DNA of 64,000 nt from an uncultured Phycisphaerales bacterium (GTDB taxonomy: Bacteria > Planctomycetota > Phycisphaerae > Phycisphaerales > UBA1924): the NCBI GenBank assembly GCA_965652365.1, contig CBFGUD010000005.1, positions 22,136 to 86,135 on the forward strand, given 5' to 3'. Below the pieces are notes generated by a model. That model had not been told where the DNA came from. It ran no database searches and saw nothing but the letters and a program-made list of their open reading frames with translations. Both the position numbers and the translations under genes were made by a program. This document shows, piece after piece, positions 25,971 through 34,678 of this stretch; the first letter of the stretch is position 1; every line of letters begins with the position of its first letter.

Positions 25971-27686
25971 TTACTCCTGGAGCTCGGCCCAGCGTTCGAC
26001 GAGACCCGCCGCGGAGTTGGGGTCGCTCTTGATCAGATCCCCGACCTGCTCGCGGAGCTTCTGGATCTGGACGATCGCGTCGTCGACCTCGATGCCCTGC
26101 ATCGCCGTCTCCGATTCGTCCGCTTCCCCGATGAGGTCGCTGAGACTCTCGAGCTGCGGGGGCATCCCGAGGAGTTCCTCCGCCGTGGGGAGCTCGACCT
26201 TCTTGCTCGCGCGCTTGACCATCATGAGCATCAGCACGACGGCGACCGCCGCGAGCACCCCGACGAGCACGGTCTCGACGAGGTTCCCGTTCCCGAGCAT
26301 CGGGGCCCCGGTCCCGCCCATGAATCCGCCCATGAACCCGGCGCTCTGGATCTGCCCGCCCGCGCGGTACGCGTCCCCGAAGGGGGACATCGCGACGTTC
26401 ACGTCCCCCGTGAGCATCGCGCCGTCGGCGCCCTGACCGATCAGGTGGGGCGCGACCTGCTGCATGATGAGCCCCTTGAGCCCCGAGTTGCCGTCGATCC
26501 CCTCGAACCGGTCGCGGACCTCCTCGTCGGTCACGGGTTCGGCGTCCGCGCCGTCGGCGGCCGCGGCGGCCTTGTGGCGTTCGAGCAGGTCCCGCACGTA
26601 CTCCTCGGGGACGATGATCGACGCGCGCATGTGCGTGGGCATCCCGCGCGGGTCGACGGTCTGGGTCTCGACGTACCCGAACTGGTTGTCGAACTCCTTG
26701 CTGTTCTCGTTGGTGTTCGAGGACGTGCCCGCGGCGCCGCCCGTGTTGATGCTCGCGGTCTGATTCGAGCGGACCCCGGGCTCGGCGCCCCTGGTCTGCT
26801 GCTGGACCGAGTCCTCGAGCCCCGTCTGGGAGCGCAGGAGCGAGACCGAGCCCTTCTGCTCGGGCGCGTAGGCACGTTCGGTGCTGGCGACGCTCGTGAC
26901 GTCGACCATCGCCGTCACGGAGACGACGACCCCGGGGATGTGCGCGAGCATCTGCTCGATCTGGCGCTTCTTCGCGTGCTCGACCTCGCGCGAGAACTCG
27001 AGGAACTTGGACGACGAGCGGGAATCCTCGTCCGAGACGTACCTCGCCGTGCCCGTGGAGCCGTCGATGACCTGGACGTTCTTGGGCTCGAGCCCGGAGA
27101 CGGCGCCCATGACCAGGCCCGCCGCGGCGTCGACGGTGTCCTGGGAGACGGCGCCGCCGCTGGTGAAGATCGTGACCGACGCCGTCGGGACGCGGGTCGC
27201 GCGTCCGAGACCGGAGACCTGGGGGACGTCGAGGATCACGCTCGCGCGCTCGACCGTGCGGAAGCGCGAGATGACGCGCGAGAGCTCGTTCTGGAGCGCG
27301 ATCGTGTACTGCTGACGGTGCTGTTCCTTGGACGCTTTCCAGTCCTGGCTCTGGATCAGGTTCTGGAACAGGAGCGTCGTGTCCCCGGGGAGCTGCCCCG
27401 CCTGGGAGAGGACGGCGACGGCGCCCGAACGCTGGCTCGGGGGGACCTGGATCGATCCCTCCACGACCTGGGCGTCGATCCCCGCGCCCCGGAGGGTCGC
27501 GAGCGCGACGGGGTCGGAGCTGTCGGCCATCAGGTCCACGAGCGAGGGCTTGGCGGCGTACTGGGAGACGAGGAAGAGCGTCATCGCCGCGATGACCGCG
27601 AGCGATCCGATGAGCAGCTTCTGCGAAGCGCTCATGCGCGTGATCTGCTGAGACGCGCTGTCGATGATCTGACGCAGCTTGCCCAT
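25971..27686 (-). CDS. fliF: flagellar MS-ring protein
   Basis: 571 aa. N-terminal TM (LLIGSLAVIAAMTLFLV), periplasmic ring-building domains, a second TM (VLVGVLAAVAVVLMLMMV) and a cytoplasmic tail. Confidence 0.95.
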   Translation of the reverse strand: MGKLRQIIDSASQQITRMSASQKLLIGSLAVIAAMTLFLVSQYAAKPSLVDLMADSSDPVALATLRGAGIDAQVVEGSIQVPPSQRSGAVAVLSQAGQLPGDTTLLFQNLIQSQDWKASKEQHRQQYTIALQNELSRVISRFRTVERASVILDVPQVSGLGRATRVPTASVTIFTSGGAVSQDTVDAAAGLVMGAVSGLEPKNVQVIDGSTGTARYVSDEDSRSSSKFLEFSREVEHAKKRQIEQMLAHIPGVVVSVTAMVDVTSVASTERAYAPEQKGSVSLLRSQTGLEDSVQQQTRGAEPGVRSNQTASINTGGAAGTSSNTNENSKEFDNQFGYVETQTVDPRGMPTHMRASIIVPEEYVRDLLERHKAAAAADGADAEPVTDEEVRDRFEGIDGNSGLKGLIMQQVAPHLIGQGADGAMLTGDVNVAMSPFGDAYRAGGQIQSAGFMGGFMGGTGAPMLGNGNLVETVLVGVLAAVAVVLMLMMVKRASKKVELPTAEELLGMPPQLESLSDLIGEADESETAMQGIEVDDAIVQIQKLREQVGDLIKSDPNSAAGLVERWAELQE

Positions 27687-27798
27687 GATGCGTCGGCCTC
27701 CTGCCGCTGCTGACGACGCCTGTGCGGCGCACGAACCCCCGGATCCTCCGGGATGAGCGACTCATCGGACGACCGGTGCGCAGGACTGGACTCTTTGA

Positions 27799-27813
27799 AG
27801 CAGATTCCGCGCC
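27799..27813 (-). promoter_or_regulatory. weak sigma-54-like -24/-12 element upstream of fliF
   Basis: Minus strand reads GGCGC-ggaat-CTGCT (GG and GC 10 nt apart), about 110 nt upstream of the fliF ATG in the 175-nt fliE-fliF gap. Confidence 0.25.
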
Positions 27814-27861
27814 CGACGCGCAAGAAACTCCCCGTCCCCGCCCCACCTCAATCAGGACCGA

Positions 27862-28170
27862 TCAGACGCGCATCTGCTTGATCTCGTCGTAGGCCTGCAT
27901 GACCTGGTTGCGCATCGCCTGGAGCATCTTGAACGCGGTGTCCGCCTTCTCCGTCGCGATGATGACGCCCTCGATGTCGTCACGCTTCCCGCTCATCAGG
28001 TCCTCGGCGGCCTGACTCGCGTCCTGCTGCAAGGCGTTGACCTGCTTGAGGTTGTCCATCAGCGCCGCCTTGAAGTCCGCGCCCCCCTGCTGCTGCTGGG
28101 GCGTGTGATGACCCCGCCCCTGGATCGGGCTGTTCCCGGATGATCCGATGAGTCCGAGCGGGTCGCTCAT
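27862..28170 (-). CDS. fliE: flagellar hook-basal body complex protein
   Basis: 102 aa. ..DFKAALMDNLKQVNALQQDASQAAEDLMSGKRDDIEGVIIATEKADTAFKMLQAMRNQVMQAYDEI.. is the FliE family core. Confidence 0.9.
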   Translation of the reverse strand: MSDPLGLIGSSGNSPIQGRGHHTPQQQQGGADFKAALMDNLKQVNALQQDASQAAEDLMSGKRDDIEGVIIATEKADTAFKMLQAMRNQVMQAYDEIKQMRV

Positions 28171-28212
28171 GGGGTGGTCAACTCCTTGAAGACTCCGAGT
28201 CTATCGGCGCAA

Positions 28213-28602
28213 TCAGCCGATGAGCCGCAACGCCTGGGCCAACATGCTCTTGGTGACCTCCGCCGCGGCGATATTCGCCTCGTACGCGCGGGACGCCTGG
28301 AGCCCGTTGACCCACTCGATCGTCGGATCGATGTCCGGGACCATGACGTACCCATCCTCGTCGCGGAAGGGGTGGTCGGGCATGTACCGCTTGCGCAGGG
28401 CGCTCTCGTCGATGTCGATATCGAGGACCCGGACCCCCCCGGTGTCGTCGGGCGCGAGCATCGCGGCGCGCCGGAGGTAGGGGTCGTACTCCCCGTCCTG
28501 GTTCTCGATGGAGTTCACGTTCGCGAGGTTGGACGCGATGACCTCCATGCGGGTCCGCTGGGCGATCATGCCGGAGGTCGAGATGTCGAGCGAGCCGTAC
28601 AT
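28213..28602 (-). CDS. flgC: flagellar basal-body rod protein
   Basis: N-terminus LDISTSGMIAQRTRMEVIASNLANVNS. C-terminus ..EWVNGLQASRAYEANIAAAEVTKSMLAQALRL. Confidence 0.95.
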   Translation of the reverse strand: MYGSLDISTSGMIAQRTRMEVIASNLANVNSIENQDGEYDPYLRRAAMLAPDDTGGVRVLDIDIDESALRKRYMPDHPFRDEDGYVMVPDIDPTIEWVNGLQASRAYEANIAAAEVTKSMLAQALRLIG

Positions 28603-28617
28603 GGTTCAGTTCCTCAC

Positions 28618-29061
28618 TTAGCTCACGCGCTGGGAGATCGCGTTCTGGAGCGTGGTCCGCTGGGCCCTGAGCAAATCCGCGGCCACCCGGTACATCGCGG
28701 CGTTCTCGACCAGGTCCTGCATGGACCGTTCGATGTCCGCGTTGTTGCGATCGTGATGAAGGATCCCGCTGCCGTGGGTCATGGGGTCGAGGCGGAGCTC
28801 ACCGGATCGCCGATCCCGGGTGATCTCGCGCGTCTCGCGCCACTCGAGCGCCCCGGACGCGCCCCCGGTCCGTTCGCGGCGTTTCTCGATCGCGTTCCCG
28901 AGGAGTTCCTGAAACTCGCGCGGGTCCACGTCTCTGGGCTGGAACCCCGGGGTGTCGATGTTCGCGATGTTGTGCGCGAGGATCCGCTGGCGCTGCCCGG
29001 AGAACCGGAGCATCATCTCCAGCGCGGGGGTCGCTCCGGTTGTCGCGAGATCCTTGATCAT
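28618..29061 (-). CDS. flgB: flagellar basal-body rod protein
   Basis: ..RQRILAHNIANIDTPGFQPRDVD.. rod-protein motif. First gene of the cluster. Confidence 0.9.
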   Translation of the reverse strand: MIKDLATTGATPALEMMLRFSGQRQRILAHNIANIDTPGFQPRDVDPREFQELLGNAIEKRRERTGGASGALEWRETREITRDRRSGELRLDPMTHGSGILHHDRNNADIERSMQDLVENAAMYRVAADLLRAQRTTLQNAISQRVS

Positions 29062-29075
29062 CGGGTGTTCGCTCC

Positions 29076-29089
29076 GCGAATGCCGTGCC
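29076..29089 (-). promoter_or_regulatory. weak sigma-54-like -24/-12 element immediately upstream of flgB
   Basis: Minus strand reads GGCAC-ggcat-TCGC. It lies only ~15 nt from the flgB ATG, which argues against function unless the mRNA is near-leaderless or the start is downstream. Confidence 0.2.
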
Positions 29090-29122
29090 GCCCGGGCTCC
29101 GCCGGGGGCTGGGGTGCCGCTC

Positions 29123-30595
29123 TCAGAGTGTCTGTGAGACGACGTTCTCTTCCTTCCACTTCTTGAGCTTGAGCCCGAGGGTCCGGACCCCGATCCCGAG
29201 GGCTTTGGCCGTCTTCTGACGGTGCCCGTTGAAGCGCTCGAGGGTCGCGACGATGGTCTCGCGCTCGATGTCCGCGAGGGTCCGGTCCCCGGGGCGGATC
29301 CCGATCTTGGGCTCGGTCATCGACGCGGCGCCCCCGGCGCTCGCGTTGTGGAACGCCGTCGGGGACTGCGACGCGGGGCGCAGGGGCGCGGCCTTGGGGA
29401 CGGGCTTGGACTCCATGAGCCAGGGCTCGATCATCGCGCGCCGGATCGTCGTCGCGCCGGGCCCGGAGAGCACCACGGCCCGCTCGCAGATGTTCTGGAG
29501 CTCGCGCACGTTGCCGGGCCAGTTGTACCGCTCGAGCAGGTCGACCGTCTCGTCGTCGAGGTGCATCGCGCCGCGCCCGTCGCGCTCGCAGATCCCCTTG
29601 ACGAAGTGACGCGCCAGCGGCGCGATGTCCTCGATCCGCTCGCGCAGCGACGGGATCTGGATCGGGAGCACGTTGAGACGGAAGAACAGGTCCTGGCGGA
29701 ACTCGCCCATCGACGCCGCGTGTGGCAGGTCGCGGTTGCTCGTCGCGATGACGCGCACGTCGACCCCGATGGTCGTGGACGACCCGACGCGCTCGAACGC
29801 GCGCTCCTGGAGCACGCGGAGCAGCTTGGCCTGGATCTGGAGCGAGACCTCCGACACCTCGTCGAGCAGCAGCGACCCGGCATCCGCGAGCTCGAAGCGA
29901 CCCTTGCGGAGCTTGTCCGCGCCCGTGAACGCGCCGCGCTCGTGCCCGAAAAGCTCGGATTCGAGGAGCGACTCGCTCAGGGCCGCGCAGTTCACCGCGA
30001 GGTACGGCGCCTGGACGCGCGGGCTCAGATCGTGCACCGCGCGCGCGACGACCTCCTTGCCCACCCCCGATTCGCCCGTGATGAGCACGGTCCCGTGGGA
30101 CGACGCGACGGCGCGGACCTGCTCGCGGACCTTGCGGATCGCCGCGGATTCCCCGACGATCCGGTCGAGCCCCATGGGCCCCGAGGGCGCGGGGGCGCTG
30201 GCGCGGAGGACCGCGTTCTCCTTGACGACCGACGCGTGCTGGATCGCGCGTTTGACCGCGATGATGAGCTCGTCGCCCTCGAAGGGCTTGGTGATGTAGT
30301 CGTACGCGCCGTTCTTCATCGCCTGGACGGCGGTCTCGACCGTGCCGTACGCCGTCATCAGGATCACGGGGATCTGGTCGTCGATCTTGGCGACCTCCGC
30401 GACGAGCTCGACCCCGGACATCCCGGGCATGTTCAGGTCGGTCACGATCGCGCCGGGGCGTTTGATCGCGAGCTCCTTGAGCGCCGTCCGCGCGTCGGGC
30501 GCTGTCGTCACCCCGAACCCGGCGCGCGTGAGGGTGGACCCCACGGAGTCGCGCATCATTTCCTTGTCGTCGACGACGAGCACGTTGGTTGTCAT
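29123..30595 (-). CDS. sigma-54-dependent response regulator (NtrC/FleR/FlrC class)
   Basis: REC domain (VLVVDDKEMM.., ..IVTDLNMPGMSG), AAA+ domain with GESGVGKE and the GAFTGA loop (ERGAFTGA), and a C-terminal Fis-type HTH. ATG at 30595 overlaps the kinase stop (ATGA). The listed 585-aa ORF has a spurious 95-aa extension. Confidence 0.9.
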   Translation of the reverse strand: MTTNVLVVDDKEMMRDSVGSTLTRAGFGVTTAPDARTALKELAIKRPGAIVTDLNMPGMSGVELVAEVAKIDDQIPVILMTAYGTVETAVQAMKNGAYDYITKPFEGDELIIAVKRAIQHASVVKENAVLRASAPAPSGPMGLDRIVGESAAIRKVREQVRAVASSHGTVLITGESGVGKEVVARAVHDLSPRVQAPYLAVNCAALSESLLESELFGHERGAFTGADKLRKGRFELADAGSLLLDEVSEVSLQIQAKLLRVLQERAFERVGSSTTIGVDVRVIATSNRDLPHAASMGEFRQDLFFRLNVLPIQIPSLRERIEDIAPLARHFVKGICERDGRGAMHLDDETVDLLERYNWPGNVRELQNICERAVVLSGPGATTIRRAMIEPWLMESKPVPKAAPLRPASQSPTAFHNASAGGAASMTEPKIGIRPGDRTLADIERETIVATLERFNGHRQKTAKALGIGVRTLGLKLKKWKEENVVSQTL

Positions 30596-31536
30596 CACAC
30601 GGCTTCCTTCAGGGGCGTTGGCATCCCGCCCGCGCGGACCACGACGTCCGGCGCGTGCGCGAGCGAGAGTTCGATCGGGACGAGCAGCGACACCGTCGCG
30701 CCCCGGTCCTCGTTGTTGACGACACGCACGGAACCCCCGTGCGCGTCCATGATCCGGTGCACGATCGCGAGCCCGAGCCCCGTCCCCGCGGCCCGCGTCG
30801 TGAAGAACGGGTTGAACATCCGCTCGATGACCTCCGGGTCGATCCCCGACCCCGAGTCCCGCACGAAGAGCTCGACGCACGGATCCCCGTCATCATCCGA
30901 GACCCGTCGCGCCCCGAGCACCACGGTGCGCCCCCCGGACTCGCGCGTGGACTGGGCCGCATTCCTGACGAGGTTCACGAGCGCCTGGATCGCGAGGGAC
31001 CGGTCGATCTCGAGCATCGCCGCGTCCGGGCCGACCTCGACGCGGGTCTCGATCTCCGCGAGCTCCGCGGCGCACGACTCGATCGCCCCCTCGAGGAGCT
31101 CGCGCGCCTCCCACGGCGCGGGGCGCAGGCGCAGCTCGCGCGAGAACGAGAGCACGTCCCCCACGATCAGGTCCAAGCCGCGGATCGCGCGGTCGATCTT
31201 CCCCAACGTCTCGACATGACTTGGCTGGTCCGCGAGGTCGTCCATGAGCATCCGGGTGTAGAGCTTGATGGACCCGAGCGGGTTGCGGATCTCGTGCGAG
31301 ATCCCGGCCGCCATCTCCCCCAGCGCCGCGAGGCGCTTGGAACGCTGGAGCGCCTCGTTCGCGTGCGCCAGCTCCGTGTTGAGGCGCGCAACCTCATTGC
31401 GGAGCTGCTCGTGGGTGCGCTCGAGCTTGGACGTGACGTCGTTGAACACGCCCATGAGCTCCGCGAGATCCGTCGGCGACACCGACGACCCCGCGTTCGC
31501 GTCCAGGATGGTCTCCGCGTCCGGACTCACGATCAT
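30595..31536 (-). CDS. cytoplasmic sensor histidine kinase (FleS/FlrB-like position)
   Basis: Coiled coil then H-box AAGISHEIRNPLGSI. HATPase_c N, G1 and G2 boxes (..LVNLVRNA.., DSGSGI, GTGLGL). No TM segments. Confidence 0.85.
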   Translation of the reverse strand: MIVSPDAETILDANAGSSVSPTDLAELMGVFNDVTSKLERTHEQLRNEVARLNTELAHANEALQRSKRLAALGEMAAGISHEIRNPLGSIKLYTRMLMDDLADQPSHVETLGKIDRAIRGLDLIVGDVLSFSRELRLRPAPWEARELLEGAIESCAAELAEIETRVEVGPDAAMLEIDRSLAIQALVNLVRNAAQSTRESGGRTVVLGARRVSDDDGDPCVELFVRDSGSGIDPEVIERMFNPFFTTRAAGTGLGLAIVHRIMDAHGGSVRVVNNEDRGATVSLLVPIELSLAHAPDVVVRAGGMPTPLKEAV

Positions 31537-32006
31537 CCCTCCCGGTCCTGGAGGCGCGGCCCGGACCGACCGGCGGCCCCCGAATACGCGCGGATCGCGT
31601 GGCGGCCCTGCTTGACCCCCGAGAGCTGCCCAGACAGCGCATCACGCCGCGCCTCGACCACTTTCTGGTGGATCTCGTCCTTCCTCAGGACGTTCGCGAC
31701 GAGCATGGACAGCTCGTCGAGCTCGCGCCGGACCGCGCCGAGCACCGAGCCCGGGTACCGCGCCGGCGCCCGGGGGTCGGCGAGGATGGTGTCGAGAGTG
31801 GTGGACGCGTGCGCGAGGCGGTCGATCACGGGCGCTCGGGACGCGAGCGCGTGGACGAACTCGTCGTAGCGCTCGTCCTCGAGGAGCTTCTCGTGCTCGA
31901 GGGTCTTGGCTTCGAGCGTGGCGCAGGCTTCGCGCATCTGCTCAAGAAGCGCATCCATCCGCGGAGCATCGGGCTCTGGCCCGCCCGGGGCGCTGTATTC
32001 GGTCAT
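31533..32006 (-). CDS. helical hypothetical protein, possibly FlgN-like chaperone
   Basis: 157 aa, predicted all-helical (..MDALLEQMREACATLEAKTLEHEKLLEDERYDEFVHAL..). ATG preceded by CAGGAGG. The stop overlaps the kinase start (ATGA). The family call is tentative. Confidence 0.5.
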   Translation of the reverse strand: MTEYSAPGGPEPDAPRMDALLEQMREACATLEAKTLEHEKLLEDERYDEFVHALASRAPVIDRLAHASTTLDTILADPRAPARYPGSVLGAVRRELDELSMLVANVLRKDEIHQKVVEARRDALSGQLSGVKQGRHAIRAYSGAAGRSGPRLQDREG

Positions 32007-32048
32007 CCGTGACCTCCTGACGAGGGAATCCGTCCCTCGGTGCGCGTG

Positions 32049-32076
32049 TTATCGGCACTTCGTGCGCATCTCTTGA
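32049..32076 (-). promoter_or_regulatory. sigma-28-type promoter candidate upstream of the orf157-kinase-regulator operon
   Basis: Minus strand reads TCAA(32076-32073)-N16-GCCGATAA(32056-32049), 43 nt upstream of the ATG at 32006. The -10 is a perfect match to the canonical GCCGATAA. Confidence 0.6.
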
Positions 32077-32112
32077 CAAGTCGCGCGGGAATCCGATCCG
32101 CCGGGCGGGCCG

Positions 32113-34572
32113 TCAGGAACCCGAGGCCTGGGTCAGGAGGATCGAGCTCGACGCGAGCCAACGCTCCCAATCCTCCCGGTCCATGGGCAGATCCGGGTCG
32201 TTCCAGACGTCGTCGGGGATCGTCGCGTAGAAGCGCTGGGCGCGCTGGTTCGCCGTCCGGGCGCGCTCGAGCTCGCCCTTGGCGATGTACGCGTTGACGA
32301 TCTGGACCATCGCGATGAGCGACGCGGGCTCGTCGGAGTACCGGTCGCGCGCGATGTCGTAGTACCGGATCGCGTCGTCGTAGCGCTCCAGGTCGAAGGC
32401 GCAGTCCCCGAGGTAGAAATACGCGTTGCGGAGCGCCACCGACTCGAAAATCCCGGTCTGGGAGACGTTCAGCTCGCTCAGCGCCTTGATCGCATCCTCG
32501 TACACCCCGATCGCTTCGGTCCGGTGCGAACGCGCCTTGGCGCGACGCGCGTCGCGCTGGGCGGCCGGCATGGGCTCGCTCAGCGACGCCTCGATCTCGT
32601 CCGCGAGACGACGGTGCGCATCCGCGAGCCGGTACACCACCGTCGCCGTCTCCGGATCGCCCTCGTACCGCGCCACGAACTCGTCGTAGCGCTCGATCGC
32701 ACGCTCGGACCGGTCCGTCCGGTCGTAATGCCCCGCGAGCTCGAGCAGCGCGTGTCGGTACAGGTCCGTCTCCGGCGAGACCCGGGTGCCGTCGAGCGCG
32801 CTCAGGAGCAGCTGCTCGGCGCGCTGGTCGTTGGCGGTGTCCTCGTCGTAGAGATACGCCTGCGCGAGGGGGACCATGCTCGCGTCCGCGAAGGGGCCGA
32901 TGTCCGCGCCCATGAACCCCTGGCGCTCCTCGATCAAACGCGAGTAGATCGTCGCGGCTCGCGTGTATTCGCCCACGGAACGCAGGCATTCCGCGAGACG
33001 GAACAGCGCCTCGGCGTACCGCGGGTCCGAGGGCATCGAGTCCGCGTAGGTCTGGAACGCCGTGATCGCTTCCCGGTGGTCCCCGGCGCGGTCGAACAGG
33101 TCCGCGGCCGTCCAGAGCGAATCCGCGAACCGCTCGATGTCCGAGATGACGTACCGGTCCGCGTGGAGGCGCGCGTTGGTCGCGGCCGTCATCAGGTGGC
33201 GCTGCACCTCCGAGCGCGTCGAGGGGTCGAGCTCCAGGAGCGTGGAGGTCTCGGACACGGGCTGCCCGAGCAGCTGCTCCGCGACCCCGACGTGCGCGCG
33301 CACGTGCATCTCCAGGATCGGGGACGGGATCTCGGCGTCGCGGAACAACCGCTCCGCGAGCATGGTGTAGCGGATCGCGTCCGACGGGTTCCCCAGCGCC
33401 ATCGAGTCCGACGCGCGTTCGACGGCCGAGTCCATCACCCGGGTCCGGCTCGGCTCGGATTCGATCCCGATCGCGTCGTAGTTGTCGATCAGGGTCTCGT
33501 ACGACTGGAGCGAGAGCTCGTGCTCCCCCAGCGCCGCCTCGGTCTCCCCGAGCCCCAGCAGCGCGAGCGGGTACGCGCGGTCGCGCGAGTAGTTGTCCAC
33601 GATCTCCGCGTACACGTCGCGGGCGCGCTGGATGTTGCCCTCGATGTCCTCGAGCTGGGCGTTCGCGAGGAGGATCTCGGGGTAGTGCGGGTCCCCCGCG
33701 CCCGAGAGCGCGTAGGCGCTGTCGATCTGTTCCCGCGCCTGGGGGAGCGCCCCCGTCCGGAGGTACGCGCGCGCCAGCAGCAGGTGCAGACGCGCCCGAC
33801 CCTCGACCCCCGCACGCTCAAGGCGCGGCATCTCGCGCAGGATCCGCGTGATCGTCTCCTCGATGAACCCCTCGTCCAGGCGGATGCTCGCCGTCCGCTC
33901 GAGCGCCCACACCCGGTCCGCGGCCCCGAGCTCCTGGTCCGCGAGCAGCCCGCTCAGGATCTGGGTCGCGTCCGCGCGCTGGGGGACGGGTCGGTCGAGC
34001 AGGTCCTCGACGATGCGCTTGCGGAGCGCGGTCTTGAGGTCGCTCCGCTCGCGCGGGATCTGGTCGGCGCGGATCCGCGCGTTCTTCAGGTCCCCGAGCG
34101 CCAGATACGTCCGCGAGAGCGCCGCGAGATCGCTCGGTTCGAGCAGCGCCCCGAGGCGCTCGGCCTCCAGATACTCGCGCACCACCGAGACGTGGTTCTC
34201 ATCGAGCTCGAAGCCCAGCGAACGCTGCCCACGCTCGATGGCGCGGGCCTTGTTCACGTGGTACCGGATCTTCTCCGCGTCGCTCACGGACTCGCCCTGC
34301 GCGACCCACGGGTAGACCCTGGTGTTGAGCACCTCGATCGCCTGCTCGTACTGCTCCGCGGCGATCAGCTTGTCCGAGACCTCCAGCGACGGGCGCACGC
34401 TCGGATCGGGCGCACCCGTGATCGTGTACGCGAGCCCGAGCATCAGCAGCCCCGCGCCCGCCAGGAGCACGGGCGCCTGCCACACCGTGCGCCAGGTCGG
34501 CGCGGCGAGCGTCGGCTCGGTCGTCTGATCGTCCACGCTCGGGTCGGGTTGGTCGGTGTGTTCGTCGCTCAT
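32113..34572 (-). CDS. large TPR-repeat protein with N-terminal membrane anchor
   Basis: About 819 aa. TM WQAPVLLAGAGLLMLGLAY, then many TPR-like helical hairpins (..AYLRTGALPQAREQIDSAY.., ..YFYLGDCAFDLERYDDAIRYYD..). ATG at 34572; a GTG lies 6 nt upstream. Confidence 0.8.
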   Translation of the reverse strand: MSDEHTDQPDPSVDDQTTEPTLAAPTWRTVWQAPVLLAGAGLLMLGLAYTITGAPDPSVRPSLEVSDKLIAAEQYEQAIEVLNTRVYPWVAQGESVSDAEKIRYHVNKARAIERGQRSLGFELDENHVSVVREYLEAERLGALLEPSDLAALSRTYLALGDLKNARIRADQIPRERSDLKTALRKRIVEDLLDRPVPQRADATQILSGLLADQELGAADRVWALERTASIRLDEGFIEETITRILREMPRLERAGVEGRARLHLLLARAYLRTGALPQAREQIDSAYALSGAGDPHYPEILLANAQLEDIEGNIQRARDVYAEIVDNYSRDRAYPLALLGLGETEAALGEHELSLQSYETLIDNYDAIGIESEPSRTRVMDSAVERASDSMALGNPSDAIRYTMLAERLFRDAEIPSPILEMHVRAHVGVAEQLLGQPVSETSTLLELDPSTRSEVQRHLMTAATNARLHADRYVISDIERFADSLWTAADLFDRAGDHREAITAFQTYADSMPSDPRYAEALFRLAECLRSVGEYTRAATIYSRLIEERQGFMGADIGPFADASMVPLAQAYLYDEDTANDQRAEQLLLSALDGTRVSPETDLYRHALLELAGHYDRTDRSERAIERYDEFVARYEGDPETATVVYRLADAHRRLADEIEASLSEPMPAAQRDARRAKARSHRTEAIGVYEDAIKALSELNVSQTGIFESVALRNAYFYLGDCAFDLERYDDAIRYYDIARDRYSDEPASLIAMVQIVNAYIAKGELERARTANQRAQRFYATIPDDVWNDPDLPMDREDWERWLASSSILLTQASGS

Positions 34573-34678
34573 ATCCACAATCGGCGCACGGGGACGCCCC
34601 CGCGCTGGGCGCTCGCTGTCCGTTCTGTCGGCGTTTTCAGCCCCCCCCCTTCACTCCCAGGGTCCGAGAACCACGCCC

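Noticed and set aside
24502-27846. 1114-aa minus-strand ORF spanning fliF, fliG and part of fliH
   Set aside because: It runs in a different frame over genes with unmistakable family signatures. Its translation is Arg/Gly/Pro/Ala-rich nonsense, typical of shadow ORFs in ~70% GC DNA.
28201-28208. GCCGATAG on the minus strand in the flgC-fliE gap
   Set aside because: It has a good -10-like box but no -35 element at N15-N17. flgC and fliE are only 42 nt apart, so they are probably co-transcribed.
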